DNA of 64,000 bases from Phyllobates terribilis (taxonomy: Eukaryota): contig NW_027362772.1 in NCBI RefSeq assembly GCF_046119375.1, positions 155,558,001 through 155,622,000 on the forward strand, in the 5' to 3' direction. Below the pieces are notes generated by a model. It saw only the letters and a list, made by a program, of their open reading frames with translations. It searched no databases and was not told where the DNA came from. A program made the translations under genes and the position numbers. The stretch's first letter is position 1, and each line of letters begins with the position of its first letter. This document shows positions 50,320 to 64,000 of this stretch, one piece after another.

Positions 50320-50755
50320 GGTTAAATACCTTGGGAAAAAATCCCTGAGCTCCCCTGATTCTGCAGCTTTTTTCTGTTTTGCGCTGCGTCGCTCCACTGC
50401 AGAGATACTCACATCTGTTTCTTTTGATGTATGAGAAATTTCTGCTTGTAGTGCAACTTGGCATTTCTTCACTCTTTTCTGGAGTGTGCGCTCTTACCCC
50501 TCCCTCCTGGACACTGCCAATCACAGACTTCTAGATCAGCTCCCAAGCTATGATTGGCAGCATCTCAGGAAGGAGGAGGTGTGTGTAAAAGCACATGCCC
50601 CCTGAGAAGACTCTGAAGAAACTACAAGCAGAGATTTCACATACTGCTCTACAAAAGCAACAAATGTGAATATCTCTGCAATGGAGTGACGTAGATTGAA
50701 ACGGAAAAAAGTGGCAGAATCAGGGGATCTCAGGGAATTTTGCAAGGTATTTAAC
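50320..50755. mobile_element. Palindromic MITE
   Basis: aaataccttgggaaaaaatccctgagctcccctgattctgc is inverted against gcagaatcaggggatctcagggaattttgcaaggtattt. Confidence 0.6.
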
Positions 50756-51295
50756 TGTATTTTTTTGCATATGACAGGTCCTTTGATAACGAAAGAACAG
50801 TAGACTGCACTTTAAATGCAGAGGGCCACTACATAAACAACAAAAAAATCATGCCATGTGTTACTCAGTTTACTACAAGGGGTCTCTATAGTGGATAGAT
50901 GGCTAGAGATCAGTCCTGACTGTGGCCACTGTGTACCTTCTAAGCGTATGTGCCCAACACTGGCCATAAGCAAAATGTGTCCCTGGCCTTAAGACAATTT
51001 TATTTCTTAATTTAAATAGGTAACTTATCACTTTTGGGTTGGGTTTGTATAACACAAGAATTGCTGTGACCTGAGGATTTCTGAGGTCCGGGTGATTAAT
51101 AATGATAAAATATTGGCTTGTCCCTCTGAAATCTAGATGACCAGAGGTCTTTAGAGCCCTTCATTGTTTTTTTTGGGGAACTGACCATTCAATTATTTTT
51201 CACAGGTAGAGACCTAAGCGTAGCGCCACCGATTTGAAGTGATGCAATATTCCTGAAGGCAGTGACATTCAAGCAAATAATAAGAGAACGCAATC

Positions 51296-51355
51296 ATGTC
51301 GGTGATATACAGCGAAGTCGCAGTTGAGGAACCAACCAGTGACAGCTTCTGGATG
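51296..51355 (+). CDS. PACSIN/syndapin-family gene, first coding exon: MSVIYSEVAVEEPTSDSFWM
   Basis: Exon opens at acceptor ttttcacAG (51205). ATG 51296 has an in-frame stop 15 nt upstream. DSFW is the conserved PACSIN N-terminal motif; donor ATG|GTAAGC. Confidence 0.9.
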
Positions 51356-51800
51356 GTAAGCGGAAAGTTTTGGTTTTTTTTTTACAATATTTATTTTACG
51401 GTAAAAAAATCACCTGTTAACTTTATTCTACAGGTCAGTCAGTTATGGTGATACCAAATTTACCTAATTTAATTTTTATTTTACTACTTAAAATTTAAAA
51501 AAATGTAAAGAAAAATTATTTTGTATCGTCATATCCTGAAAACAAATATCTGTTTTAACTTTTAGTCGATAAGCGTTTTATCGGGGCTCGTCCTTTGCTG
51601 GATCATTTTGGGGTACATACATCTTTGCTTTGGGAAAATGGGGATGATTTGAATTGTTCAAAAATATTTTAAACTGTTTTTATTTTTTTACATTTTTATT
51701 AGTCACCCTAGGGGAATTGAACCTGTGATTGCTTGATGAACTCATAAAATACATTGTAATACTGTAGTATTGCAGTCTATGATAACACTCTGGAAGACTC

Positions 51801-52126
51801 TGGAACTCTCTGGGAGAGGAAGTGGTGATGTCCAACTCACTTAATGAGTTCAAGAGAGGCCTGGACGCCTTTCTTGAGAACAATAAAATTACATCTTATG
51901 CTTAGTGATAGTTAATTAATCCAGGGATTTAATCTGACTGCCAGATTGGTGTCGGGAAGTGAATTTTTCCTCAATGATGTAAATTGGCCTATACCGCATG
52001 TTTTTTTTTTGCCTTCCCCTGGATCAACGCTGCGGAATAGCTGCAGTGCACAAGAAATAGGCTGAACTGGATGGACGCTTGTCTTTTTTCGGCCTTATAA
52101 ACTATGTAACTATGTAACTATGTAAC
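51801..52126 (+). mobile_element. CR1 LINE 3' end in PACSIN intron 1
   Basis: WNSLGEEVVMSNSLNEFKRGLDAFL is a typical CR1 RT C-terminus. 3' UTR ends in (TATGTAAC)n. Confidence 0.85.
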
Positions 52127-52825
52127 ATTGACAGGGAGGCATAGATGACAAAATGCTTCACTGTTTCCAATCATTTAAAGGGGGCCTTTTATCAGAATTT
52201 TTAATTTAAACGGAGTTCTGCCTTCAATTACCGCTGATCCATTGATTCTGGAACAACTTTTTTCTTCTCTGCCCCTCCATTCCAAAGTTATGCCATCATA
52301 AAATGTTCCTTCAATCAACTGGCTATATACCACAGAACTTATCTGTGGGCGTGGCCATGTTTTGATTGGCCAGAGTCAGAAAAGAAAATGCAAACGCTGC
52401 TGCGATTGGAGGTGGCTATGATTATAGTATTTTAACCGCTAAGTGTCTGTTGTCAGTGACATTTAAAGGGGATGTTTTTTATTTAAAGTGAGTAGTTATT
52501 ACAATTAGTGCAGATCCACTGATTCTGGAACAGTTTTTCATTTTCTTCTGCGCCCTTCCGTTCCAAAGTTATGTCCCCTGGAAATAATCCCTTCACTAAA
52601 CTGGGTGTGTACTACAGAATTTCTCTGTGGGCATTTGCATGTTCTCCTCTGACTCTGGCCAACCAAAACATGGCCACGCCCACAGAAGTTCTGTGGTACA
52701 CGCCCAGTTTATTGAAGGGATTATTTCCAGGGGACATTACTTTGGAACGGAAGGGCGCCAAAGAAAATTAAAAACTGTTCCAGAATCAGTGGATCTGTGC
52801 CAATTGGAAGAGCTACTCTGTTTAA

Positions 52826-55800
52826 CCCCTTTCTGACGTGAGGCATAATAATACGTCCCTGTGCCCTAATGACCAGGTACGTATTATTAGGCCTCAGCGT
52901 TCGCGCCCACACAGAGTCTGTGCGGCCGCGATCGCCGCTGGGTGTCAGCTGATTCCGACAGAAAAAATAACCCCAAAAATGAAAATATACTGTGCCCATA
53001 AATACATATTTATGAAAAAAAAATAAACAATAAAAGTACACATATTTGGTATCACCGCATCCGGAACGACCTGACCTACAAAACTGTCCCACTAGTTAAC
53101 CCCTTTAATGAACACGGTAAAATAAATAAATAAATAAAGCAAAAAACTGTGCTTTATCGTCATACCGCGGAACAAAAAGTGGATTAAAATGCGTTCAAAA
53201 AAGACAAATGTAAATAAAAATGGTGAAAAAAAACAAGCCGCCACACAGCTCCATTAAAAGATAAAGTTATAGCTCTCAGAATAAAGTGATGCAAAAAAAA
53301 TATTTTTTCTATAAAAGTTTATTGTGTAAAAGCACCAAAACATAAAAAAACAATATAAATTTGGTATCTCTGTAATCGCACCAACCCGAAGAATAAAGCT
53401 ACCTTATCAATTTTACCACACGCAGAACGGCATAAAAAAACAACAAAAAAACAATTCCTAAACTGTTTGTTTTTGTTCATTCTGCCTCTCAAAAATCGGA
53501 ATAGAAAGCGATCAAAAAATGTCACATGCCCGAAAATGGTACCAATAAATACGTCAACTCGTCCCGCAAAAAACAAGCTTTTATATGACTCTGTTGGCCG
53601 AAATATGGAAAAATTATAGCTCTCAAAATATGGCGATGCAAAAACTAGTCTTTTAAATAAAAAGTGTCTTTTAGTGTGTGACAGCTGCCAAACTTAAAAA
53701 CCTGAGATGAATCTGGTATCACTGTAATCGCACCAACCCAAAGAATAAAGTTGTCTAATCACTTATACCGCATGAGGAACGGTGTAAATAATAAAACCAA
53801 TTCTTCACCTCCTGCTGATTTGTTCATTCTGCCTCCCTAAGATCTCAGTAAGGCTCGGCTCACATTTATCCTGCGCTGAGCGCTTACACCAGGGTTTCCG
53901 TGTAAATCACTGAAATATTTGATTTAGACGCATCCCCCGGCGGAAGATTCCCTGTAATGAGGCAGATGGAGGCACCGTGAATGCAGTCTGGCCTGTGATC
54001 CCACGGTATCCGTCTTTTTATTAGGCGTGCATAAAAGTGCCGTTGGCCACAGTTTTGTGAACCTCTGAAAAAAAGGACGACTCTGAACAGAGGCCAGACG
54101 GAGTCCAGAGTAACTCTGCTGCCTCATTATAGTGACTGAATACCTTGGGACAAGGTTGTGTTAGGATTAGGCTTGTGTTAGGGTAGGGTAGGGTTGGGTT
54201 GGGTTAGGGGCAGGGCTGTGGAGTCGGTAAGCCAAACCTCTGACTCCCTCATACACGGCTCATGTTTAAGTGATAGATTTACTGTAGCACAGATTCATCT
54301 CCACTAAAAGTGTAGACCCTGAGATCAGGAATAGGACAGACATTTATAGGACATTTCATAACTTTCCCAAATTCTTATGAAAAAATATTTCCCACAAATT
54401 GCATTGAACTACTGTACCCAATTTATTACATATTTTAGGAGTTGGAGTGGGTCCATTTTATACCGACTCCACGACTCCGACTCCACAGCCCTGGTTAGGG
54501 GTAGGGTTGTGTTAGGGTTAGGGTTGGGGATAGGGTTGTGTTGGGATTTTTTCAAAAGTAAAGAAAAAACATGATGACGATATGGCGACTGCTTGCTACT
54601 TTAGTTTGCATCGGGTGCTCGAGTCTCCTCCCCATATGTTTCGCAGCTGTTATACAGCCCAAAAAAACATGTGGGGATTGCCTGCCATGCACGAGCGATC
54701 CCCACATGTTTTTTGGGTGTCTAACAACCGTGAAACATGCGGGCGGGGACTTGAGCTTGTCACTCGAGCACCCGCGATACATGGTGCATACCTGAGTTCC
54801 CGATGCAAACTCAAGTAGCGAGCACTTGTACTCAAGACTAATGATTACTTATTCAATATGATGACCTAATGTTATCAAATTCTGTATCGTACCTCTGGGT
54901 TCAAAATGTTCACTATACCCCTTGATAAAATCCTTGAGGGGTTTAATTTCCAAAATGGTGTCACTTGTGGGAGGTTTCCACTGTTTAGGGACATCAGGGG
55001 CTCCCCAAACGCAACATGGCGTCCGCGAATTATTCAACAAACTTTTACATTCAAAAAGTCACACAGTGCTCCTTCCGTGCCATGCGCCCAAACAGTGGTT
55101 TTCCCCCACATATGGGGTATTGGCTTACTCAGGAAAAATTGCACAACAAATGGTATGGTGCAATTTGTCCTGTTACCCTTATGAAAATGCAAAATTGGGG
55201 GCTGAAACATCTTTGTGGGAAAAATGTGAAAATTTTATTTTTATTGCTCAATGTTATCAACTTCTGTGAAGCACCTGGGAGTTCAGGGTGCTCACCACAC
55301 ATCTAGATAAGTTTCCCGAGGGATCCACTTTCCAAAATGGTGTCACTTGTGAGGGGTTTCCACTGTTTAGGCACATCAGGGGCTCTCCAAACGCAACATG
55401 GCGTCCGCTAATTATTCAAGCTAATTTTACATTGAAAAAGTCAAATGGCGCTCCTTCGCTTCTGAGCCCTGCCATGCGCCCAAACAGTGGTTTTCCCCCA
55501 CATATGGGGTATCAGCGTGCTCAGGAGAAATTGTACAACAAATTTTGGGATCCATTTTTTCCTGTTACCCTGGCAAAAAAAAAAAAAAAAAATGGGTCAA
55601 AAGTAACATTTTTGTGAAAAAAGTTAAATGTTCATTGTTTTCTTCCACATTCCAAAAATTCCTGTGAAACACCTGAAGGGTTAATAAACTTCTTGAATGT
55701 GGTTTTGAGCACCTTGAGGAGTGCAGTTTTTGGAATGGTGTCACTTTTGGGTATTTTCTGTCATAAAGGCCCCTCAAAGTCACTTCAAATGTGAAAAAAA

Positions 55801-56241
55801 AATGGTTTTGTAAATTTTGTTGGCAAAATTAGAAACCGCTGGTCACCTTTTAACCCTTATAGCTCCATAATAATAATAATAAAAAAAAAAAATTTTGGTT
55901 CCAAAATTGTGCTGATGTAAAGTAGACATGTGGGAAATGTTATTTATTAACTATTTTGTGTGACATATCTCTCTGATTCAAGGGCATGAAAATTCAAAAT
56001 TTGAAAATTGCTAAATTTTCTAAATTTTTGCCAAATTTCTGATTTTTTTCACAAAGTAACGCATATGATATCGAAGAAATTTTACCACTATCATGAAGTA
56101 CAATGTCACGAAAAAACATTCTCAGAATCAGGGGGATCCGTTGAAGCGTTCCAGAGTAATTACCTCGTAAAGTGACAGTGGTCAGAATTGTAAAAATTGG
56201 CCTGGTCATTAACGTGCAAACCACCCTGGGGGGTAAAGAGG
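52826..56241. mobile_element. piggyBac-like non-autonomous element with nested insertions in PACSIN intron 1
   Basis: TTAA-cccctttctgacg ... ggtaaagagg-TTAA. The left end matches the reverse complement of the 15201 end. Internal direct repeats at ~54960 and ~55340. Confidence 0.6.
54211..54493. mobile_element. hAT-type MITE
   Basis: TIR cagggctgtggagtcgg/ccgactccacagccctg; exact 8-bp TSD GTTAGGGG. Confidence 0.9.
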
Positions 56242-56488
56242 TTAAAGTAAAATCAGCCAGGAAAATCTCACTTCACCTTGAAGGGGTTTTCCAGTTTCAG
56301 ATTTATTCACCCTTCACGGGTCACTGCTGAGTCTCAGCCGATGCTCCCGGTGTCTGTTATAGTCACCAGCCAACAAACCAAATGACGGAGCCGGTCCACC
56401 AGCATTTTCTTAATTTCTTAGAATATTGTAAAATATTTTAAATGATAATTACAAAGTTAAACTAATGCATTGATGCTTTGTCTCCAAG

Positions 56489-56645
56489 CCAAATAATTAT
56501 AGCAGCACCACAAAGCGGATGGACGAAGGGTACCGGCTGTGCGATGATATCGTAGCCTGTTTCCAAGACCGAGCCAAGATAGAGAAGCAGTATTCCCTAC
56601 AGATGGAGGAATGGGTCCGCAGATGGAAACCAATAGTGGACGCCA
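56489..56645 (+). CDS. PACSIN-family exon 2 (F-BAR): PNNYSSTTKRMDEGYRLCDDIVACFQDRAKIEKQYSLQMEEWVRRWKPIVDA
   Basis: tctccaAG acceptor, A|GTGAGT donor, phase 0->1. Matches the PACSIN GNY..T..R..DG.RLC....C..ERA.IEK.Y pattern. Confidence 0.95.
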
Positions 56646-57024
56646 GTGAGTATTAGAAATGGGGCAGACAATGAATTAAAGTCTATTATTCTGTGCGTCA
56701 GAGGAGAACTAATGGTAGCGAAGCCTCTGTATAAAAAAAATGTCCCCGCCATTCAGCAGACTTTTTTTCCTTTAATTATTCCCCCTTCCTTTTAGCGATT
56801 TAGTCTTCCCAGCACAGCTGAAAAGCAACATTTAAAAATAGGCAGTGTCATTGCTCTAGGGCTCCCTCTAGTGGCCAATGTGAAAAGTAATATTTTAGTA
56901 ATTACGACAAAACAGGTTACTTTGTAAATCGTCCCTATTTTCGTAGACAAATTAGCAAAACTACGAATTGTAAGTAAAACAATAACAATCAGATTGCGAA
57001 GTTTAGACTGTAATTTATCCATAG

Positions 57025-57260
57025 GTCCCATGTACGGCTCCCTCTTACGTGCCTGGCAGTCCTTCATGACAGCGACCGAGCGGCTCAGCGAGCTGCACGT
57101 GCAGATACAGAAGACCCTGATGACAGACGACACCGAGAAAATCCGCAACTGGCAAAAGGAGACGTATCACCGCAAAATCTTCGGCGGATTCAAGGAATCT
57201 TGCGAAATAGAAAACGGATTCCACAAAGCCCAAAAACCCTGGGCCAAAAAGTTAAAAAAG
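57025..57260 (+). CDS. PACSIN-family exon 3 (F-BAR with wedge loop): PMYGSLLRAW...YHRKIFGGFKE...KAQKPWAKKLKK
   Basis: ccatAG acceptor, AAG|GTGAAT donor, phase 1->0. Confidence 0.95.
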
Positions 57261-57544
57261 GTGAATGTCTAATTTTAAACTACTGATATTATACATGGTA
57301 AAAAAAAAAAAAACTCAATTTTTTTCTTAATGTCAGGAACCAGATTGGGGTTCAATAACTGAGACCCTAAATGGGTCAGTGAAAGAAATGACCAATGTGG
57401 AACAGTAGCCAAAAAGTAGGGTAGGGTATAATTTAGAGGTGGTCCCACATGGGATTTTTATGGAACTTTTTGGAGATAATGACTAGTTCCCGAAAGTTAT
57501 GTCTGAGTGTATCGTCTTGGCCAAACTTTTTTTTTTTCTTACAG

Positions 57545-57700
57545 CTTGAGAAAGCAAAATCATCCTATCACAAAGCCTGCAAGAAGGAACATTTAGCAGG
57601 TGTCCGAGAGAACAACGGAAAGATTAATCCGGAATTGTCTCTAGAAAAACAAAAGAAACTCACAGAAGATCACGAGAAGTGTAAACAGGATAAAGAAAAG
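57545..57700 (+). CDS. PACSIN-family exon 4: LEKAKSSYHKACKKEHLA...EKCKQDKEK
   Basis: tttcttacAG acceptor, AAG|GTAAGG donor, 156 nt phase 0->0. Confidence 0.95.
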
Positions 57701-58391
57701 GTAAGGAGGAACCAAGACGTAGCGCTACAGATTCTTCCAAATTCTCCCCAGAAAAGGGTCTCGGGATGAGGCTGATGCATGTGTGCAGTAATGGGGGGGT
57801 TTATGGCAGAATGGGGTGGGGGTTAAAGGTCTATCCTAATGTGGCCCTTGTTGTTCCGCACCCCATATTCAACATGTTGTGTCCACAATCATTCGGAATT
57901 TCAGTGTGTTCCATTGTCGGAACTGAAAAACGGAATAAGTGATCCGCTGCATCAAACAGAAGCAGAGGGGTCCTGCTGATCACTATGGGGTCCGTATGGG
58001 TTCTGTGCATTAGAATGGAAGAAAAACTTTTTTTTTCCCCATTCTAAAAAAAAACAAAAAACAACAATCCCATAATAATGAACGGGACCCCTCTACTTCC
58101 TTTTGATCCATCGGATCACTTATTCCGTTTTTCTGTTCCGAAAACAAGCCCAACTTTGCAACCACTGGTGTCATGTATGGGTGATGGCCAATACATGAGA
58201 AGACTGGATTAGAAGTCCTTTTTTGCTGTACAGTTGACTTTCTCTGCATGCAGGCATAGACTTGTTTCGAAAGGGTTGACCCATCATTGGTAGCACCTTT
58301 CAGATCGGAGCGGCTGCAGCCGTCAGGAGGTCACCACTGGGGCGGCTTTTGTTGTCTTTCTGACCTAAACATTTTCTCATATCAACTTCAG

Positions 58392-59305
<914 letters not shown>

Positions 59306-59546
59306 TAAAAAAACAAAACTTTTAAAAGGAACCGTCTAGATAAAAAAAACAATATAAAACCACAGGCAGCATGCAACACGCCGGGAAAAAAAGCTGCAAA
59401 AACGCCATTGTAATTAAAGGAACAATTAGTGCAAGTTTGTTACCACTTTCCCTTCATCAGAAAACTGAAAATAAGTGACGTTTTGTCAATGTCTGACGCA
59501 TTCGGTAGTGGAACGTATTGATTTCAGGTCGAATATTCCTCTGTAG

Positions 59547-59641
59547 GAGTGGAGTCCGGATATTGAGCAACAGATAGTAAAAAAGAAGAAAGTGAAAGAG
59601 GAAAAAGTGAAGTTATACAGTGTGACGCCCACAGAAAGCAG
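59547..59641 (+). CDS. PACSIN-family exon 7 (linker): EWSPDIEQQIVKKKKVKEEKVKLYSVTPTES
   Basis: cctctgtAG acceptor, AG|GTGAGA donor, phase 0->2. Begins with the conserved EWS.D. Confidence 0.9.
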
Positions 59642-60272
59642 GTGAGATTATACAGGTTATATAAAATACATCCAGAAATACCGCACCGCTGACAAAGTCA
59701 GAAGAAAATACTTTTTAAAAGAAGTTTTCCAGTTTTGGCTGCAGTTTAAAAAAAAAAAACAAAAAAAAAAAAAGTGCCTTTGTCACCATCCCCAGGTCCA
59801 GTGCTGAGTCTCCTCCACTGCTGTGTCTGCAGCACTGATGTCACTTCGACAGCACTGTAGACAATCAGTGTTCTGCTAGAGTTGATGACAAAAGCCGACT
59901 AATTCACTGATTAGCTGCAGCGCTGTCGACGTGACATCAGCGCTGCAGACAATAACAGACATCGGGAACAGTGGCGGAGACTCAACCTACTAACTCCAAT
60001 GTTTGTAGGCTGCATGCTAAATATAGAAGGAAGTAAGGAGGCAATTTAGTGCCTTATTTCAGTGCACTATGTAATACCTAATTGCCCCTGCAGAGGCGCT
60101 GCAGGGAAGAATGGCTTCCAGTAGCCAATGGCTAGCTCTGATATTACACAAGCAGGAGTTTTGGGGGTTAATCAGATAAAGAAACTGGAGGAAAAAACTA
60201 AAATTCAATAACGATGAAAATGTCTTCTAGTTTCAACATCTACTAAGTGGTACTACAAGATGTGTCTTTTAA

Positions 60273-60826
<554 letters not shown>

Positions 60827-61486
60827 TAATTTAATACAGGTACATCTCCCTATTTGCGAGGTTTTCCTGGCTTAACATATTGAAGCAACAGTGAATGGTG
60901 GTAAACAGCACAGCTCCGTTCACCGCTTAGTGGCCATTCTGAGTTACTGCAGGTTAACACCTATTGACGTAAATGGGAGCTCAGCTGTAGTACCAGGAAA
61001 CGGCCACTACAGAGTGTACGGAGCTGTGCTACTCCGCATCGTTCACTGCTTACTAGTGATGAGCGAGCACTGCTCGGTACTCGCCCAAGCATCTCACTAC
61101 TCGAGATGCTCGGAGCTCGCCGAGTACTTGCGCGATGCTCGGGCGGGAGCTCGGGTCCCCGTCCTGCATGTCTGGCGCTATTTAGAGCACCAATCATGCA
61201 GGGATTGTCTGCCACTCACTGTAATGCCACAGCCATGGTGGTTGTGGCATTACAGTGGTTGCCCAAATCGATGGGAACAGTGCCAACAGTGAAACATGAA
61301 AAGCCGGCAATTCAGCAGCGGCATACACCGGTACCCGACAATTTAGAACCGAAAGAATAGAGCTTCACACATAGATTAGATAGATATAAACATGTCAGTC
61401 ACATATATATGAAGTACAGTGAAAGTGTTGATTACTGTACTTGTCATTTAGTGTTAAAATAAAGGATTTATTAAAAAAAAAAATAA

Positions 61487-62393
61487 GGCTATGTGCCCAC
61501 GATGCAGAAATGCTCCGGATTTTTTCCTGAGCGTTTCTGCATCTCCCTGGCAGAAAAAACGCATGCGGATTGTACATGCGGATTGCACATGCGCTTTTCC
61601 TGCCAGGGACATGCGGATATGAAGCGTTCTTCACATGCATTTCCGCATGCGGGTTGACAAGCGCTTTTCCAAGCAATTTTAGCATCACTTGGAAAGTGCT
61701 TGACAACTTGGTCACACTATATAAATCCATGCAACCGGCATAGATTTATATAGTGTGACCGTAAAAGAATGGTAAAAAATAAAAAATAAATATATACTTA
61801 CCTTATAATGGCCCCGGAGTTTTGCTTCGCTCCGTCCCGGCTGCCGGCAGATCGCGGTACACTGAAGGACCTGCCGACGTCAGCGTCGTGTGACCCGTCA
61901 CATGACTAAATTACATCACCGCAGGTCCTCCAGTCCATCGCGATCTGCTGGCATGAGAGGAGGAGCGCACCGGGGGCCGCCAGAAGGTAAATATAACATT
62001 TATTTTATTCTTTATTTTTTTATTTATTTATTTTTTTTTTACAGTTTTCTATGGTACCCGGGTCCGGAGGAGAGTCTCCTGTCCTCTAGACCCGGGTACC
62101 ATCCGCACATTGAACGTTTGTATTCCGCATGTGCTTATCTAGTGAAGCAGAATGCATGCGGTCTAATGCAAGTCAAAGGCGGCGAAAACGCAGCGCTTCC
62201 GCAAAATAATTGGTAGTGCTGCGCTTTTTTCCGCAATGATAACCCGCTGCGGAAATTTCCGTAGCATGTACACAGCACATGCGGATTATCATTGGGGAAC
62301 ATGGCAGGCCTTCTACCATGCATTTTTTAAGCATTTATGCAGCGTTTTTGCCGCTGCGGAAATGCTTAAAAAACGCATCGTGGGCACACAGCC
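61487..62393. mobile_element. Harbinger-like MITE nested in the hAT element
   Basis: TAA-ggctatgtgcccacgatgc ... gcatcgtgggcacacagcc-TTA. Confidence 0.85.
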
Positions 62394-62414
62394 TTATAGT
62401 GTTTTTGTCTCTTT

Positions 62415-62504
62415 AAAAAAGCCGGCCGGCAATTCATCATTGGTTCCTGAAAATTTAGAACAGAAAGAATAGAGCATCACACATAGATTAGATAGATACA
62501 TGTC

Positions 62505-62540
<36 letters not shown>

Positions 62541-63444
62541 AGTACAGTGACAGTGTTGCTTACTGTACTTGTCATTTAGTGTTAAAATAAAGGATTTAAA
62601 AAAAAAAAAAAATTGGCGTGCGGTTCCCCGTAATTTTAGTCTCTAGCGGAGGTTAAGCAGACGGCTGGGGCAGATGTTTGAAGCCTGGGAAGGGGGCAAT
62701 ACCCACGGAGCTTCCCAGGCTACTAATATCAGCCCCCTGCTGAATACCTAGCCTTTACTAGCGATTAAAATAAGGGACCCAAAAAAAAAAAAAAATTACG
62801 TGGGGTCCCCCCTATTTTAATAGCTAGCAAAGGCTAGGCAGACAGCTGGGGGCTGATATTAATAGCCCAGGAAGGGTGCCATGTAAGTAGAGTTTAATTT
62901 AGAACATTAAAGAATTGTGTCTTTATTCTGGGTGTTTGTGTTTTTTTTAATTGAAATAAAGACACAATTCTTTATTGTTCTAAATTAAACTCTACTTACA
63001 TGGCACCCTTCCTGGGCTATTAATATCAGCCCCCAGCTGTCTGCCTAGCCTTTGCTAGCTATTAAAATAGGGGGGACCCCACGTAATTTTTTGGGGGGGT
63101 CCCCCATTTTAATAGCTAGTAAAGGCTAGGTATTCAGCTGGGGGCTGATATTAGTAGCCTGGGAAGCTTCGTGGGTTTTACCCCCTTCCCAGGCTTCAAA
63201 CATCTGCCCCAGCCGTCTGCTTAACCTCCGCTAGAGACTAAAATTATGGGGGATCCCACGCCAATTTTTTTTTTAATAAATCCTTTATTGTAACACTAAA
63301 TGACAAGTACAGTAATCAACACTGTCACTGTACTTCATATATATGTGACTGACATGTTTCTATCTATCTAATCTATGTGTGAAGCTCTATTCTTTCTATT
63401 CTAAATTGTAGGTTACCGCTGCTGAATTGCCGGCCGGCTTTTTT
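62415..63444. repeat. ~1-kb inverted repeat (arms ~500 bp, 27-nt loop at 62928-62954)
   Basis: Arms are near-perfect reverse complements, especially next to the loop. Confidence 0.95.
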
Positions 63445-64000
63445 AGAGACGGGTGCATGAAAATCGGAGGGCACTAGTGTGTTCCAAGTGCCCTGCTATG
63501 TTTTTCATGCACCCTCCTATATACCCTACCTGACGTTTAATTGAGCACTGTTCCCATCGATTTGGGCAATTTTTAGGCCCTCTGCAGACCGCCAGGGGGG
63601 AACGCCAGAAAAATGCTCGAGTTTCCCATAGACTTACATTGGGCTCGTTGCTCGGGTCGAGCGCCCGAGTATTCCAATGTGCTCGACCCGAGCAACGAGT
63701 ACCCGAGCATTTTAGTGCTCGCTCATCACTACTGCTTACATCCGACCACCTTTTCTGATCCAACAGATAGGTCATCAATATGTTGAGCCTAGAAAACCCC
63801 CTTTAAGCCACACCCCCACCTAATCTGCCCAGGAAGACCCACTAAACCTCTCAAAACACCCGGGTTAGTGCACATATGGTCGAGCTTCATCCCTTTTCGG
63901 TCTATATTTTCTTTTGATAAAAAAGGGGGAAAGGGTAAGAAAAAAAACAGGAAGGGAACAGAGACCCGACAGGGTACAGCTCCCTGATCCAAAACGTAAG

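Larger units (their letters stand above)
61054..63731. mobile_element. hAT-type non-autonomous element in the last PACSIN intron
   Basis: TIR tagtgatgagcgagca/tgctcgctcatcacta; exact 8-bp TSD CTGCTTAC (61046-61053 and 63732-63739). Confidence 0.9.

Noticed and set aside
50440-50752. Candidate PACSIN non-coding first exon with CCAAT and AAG|GTATTT
   Set aside because: The segment is part of a palindromic MITE; there is no independent support.

Overview
Eukaryotic vertebrate DNA, most likely a frog (inferred from the dense TTAA-flanked, Harbinger, hAT, Tc1 and Penelope repeat landscape). Two genes can be assembled by hand from GT-AG exons with consistent phases. (1) A complete 5-exon minus-strand gene (10212->2073, 331 aa) encodes a proline-rich protein with repeated Mn-like motifs. 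I tentatively recognise it from memory as SAXO3, an axonemal microtubule inner protein. It has an RFX X-box-like site upstream and an AATAAA 1 nt after the stop. (2) A plus-strand PACSIN/syndapin gene (F-BAR + SH3) has 8 coding exons at 51296-60791, with the last SH3 exon lying beyond the window. It is divergent from my recollection of PACSIN1/2/3, has a short linker without NPF motifs, and may be a fourth paralogue lost in mammals. The ~41 kb between the genes is mostly transposons and minisatellites: a near-complete IR/DR Tc1, a solo LTR with TSD, a V-type SINE, L1 relics, piggyBac-, hAT-, Harbinger- and Kolobok-like non-autonomous elements, and a 132-nt assembly gap. A CR1 3' relic lies in PACSIN intron 1. 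Most notable oddities: a partial SAXO3 exon duplicate whose donor site was hit by a MITE, hammerhead-core Penelope palindromes, a 31-bp array of CRE sites, an old minisatellite split by successive insertions, and a 1-kb palindrome in the last PACSIN intron. No database searches were run; all family assignments are by eye.
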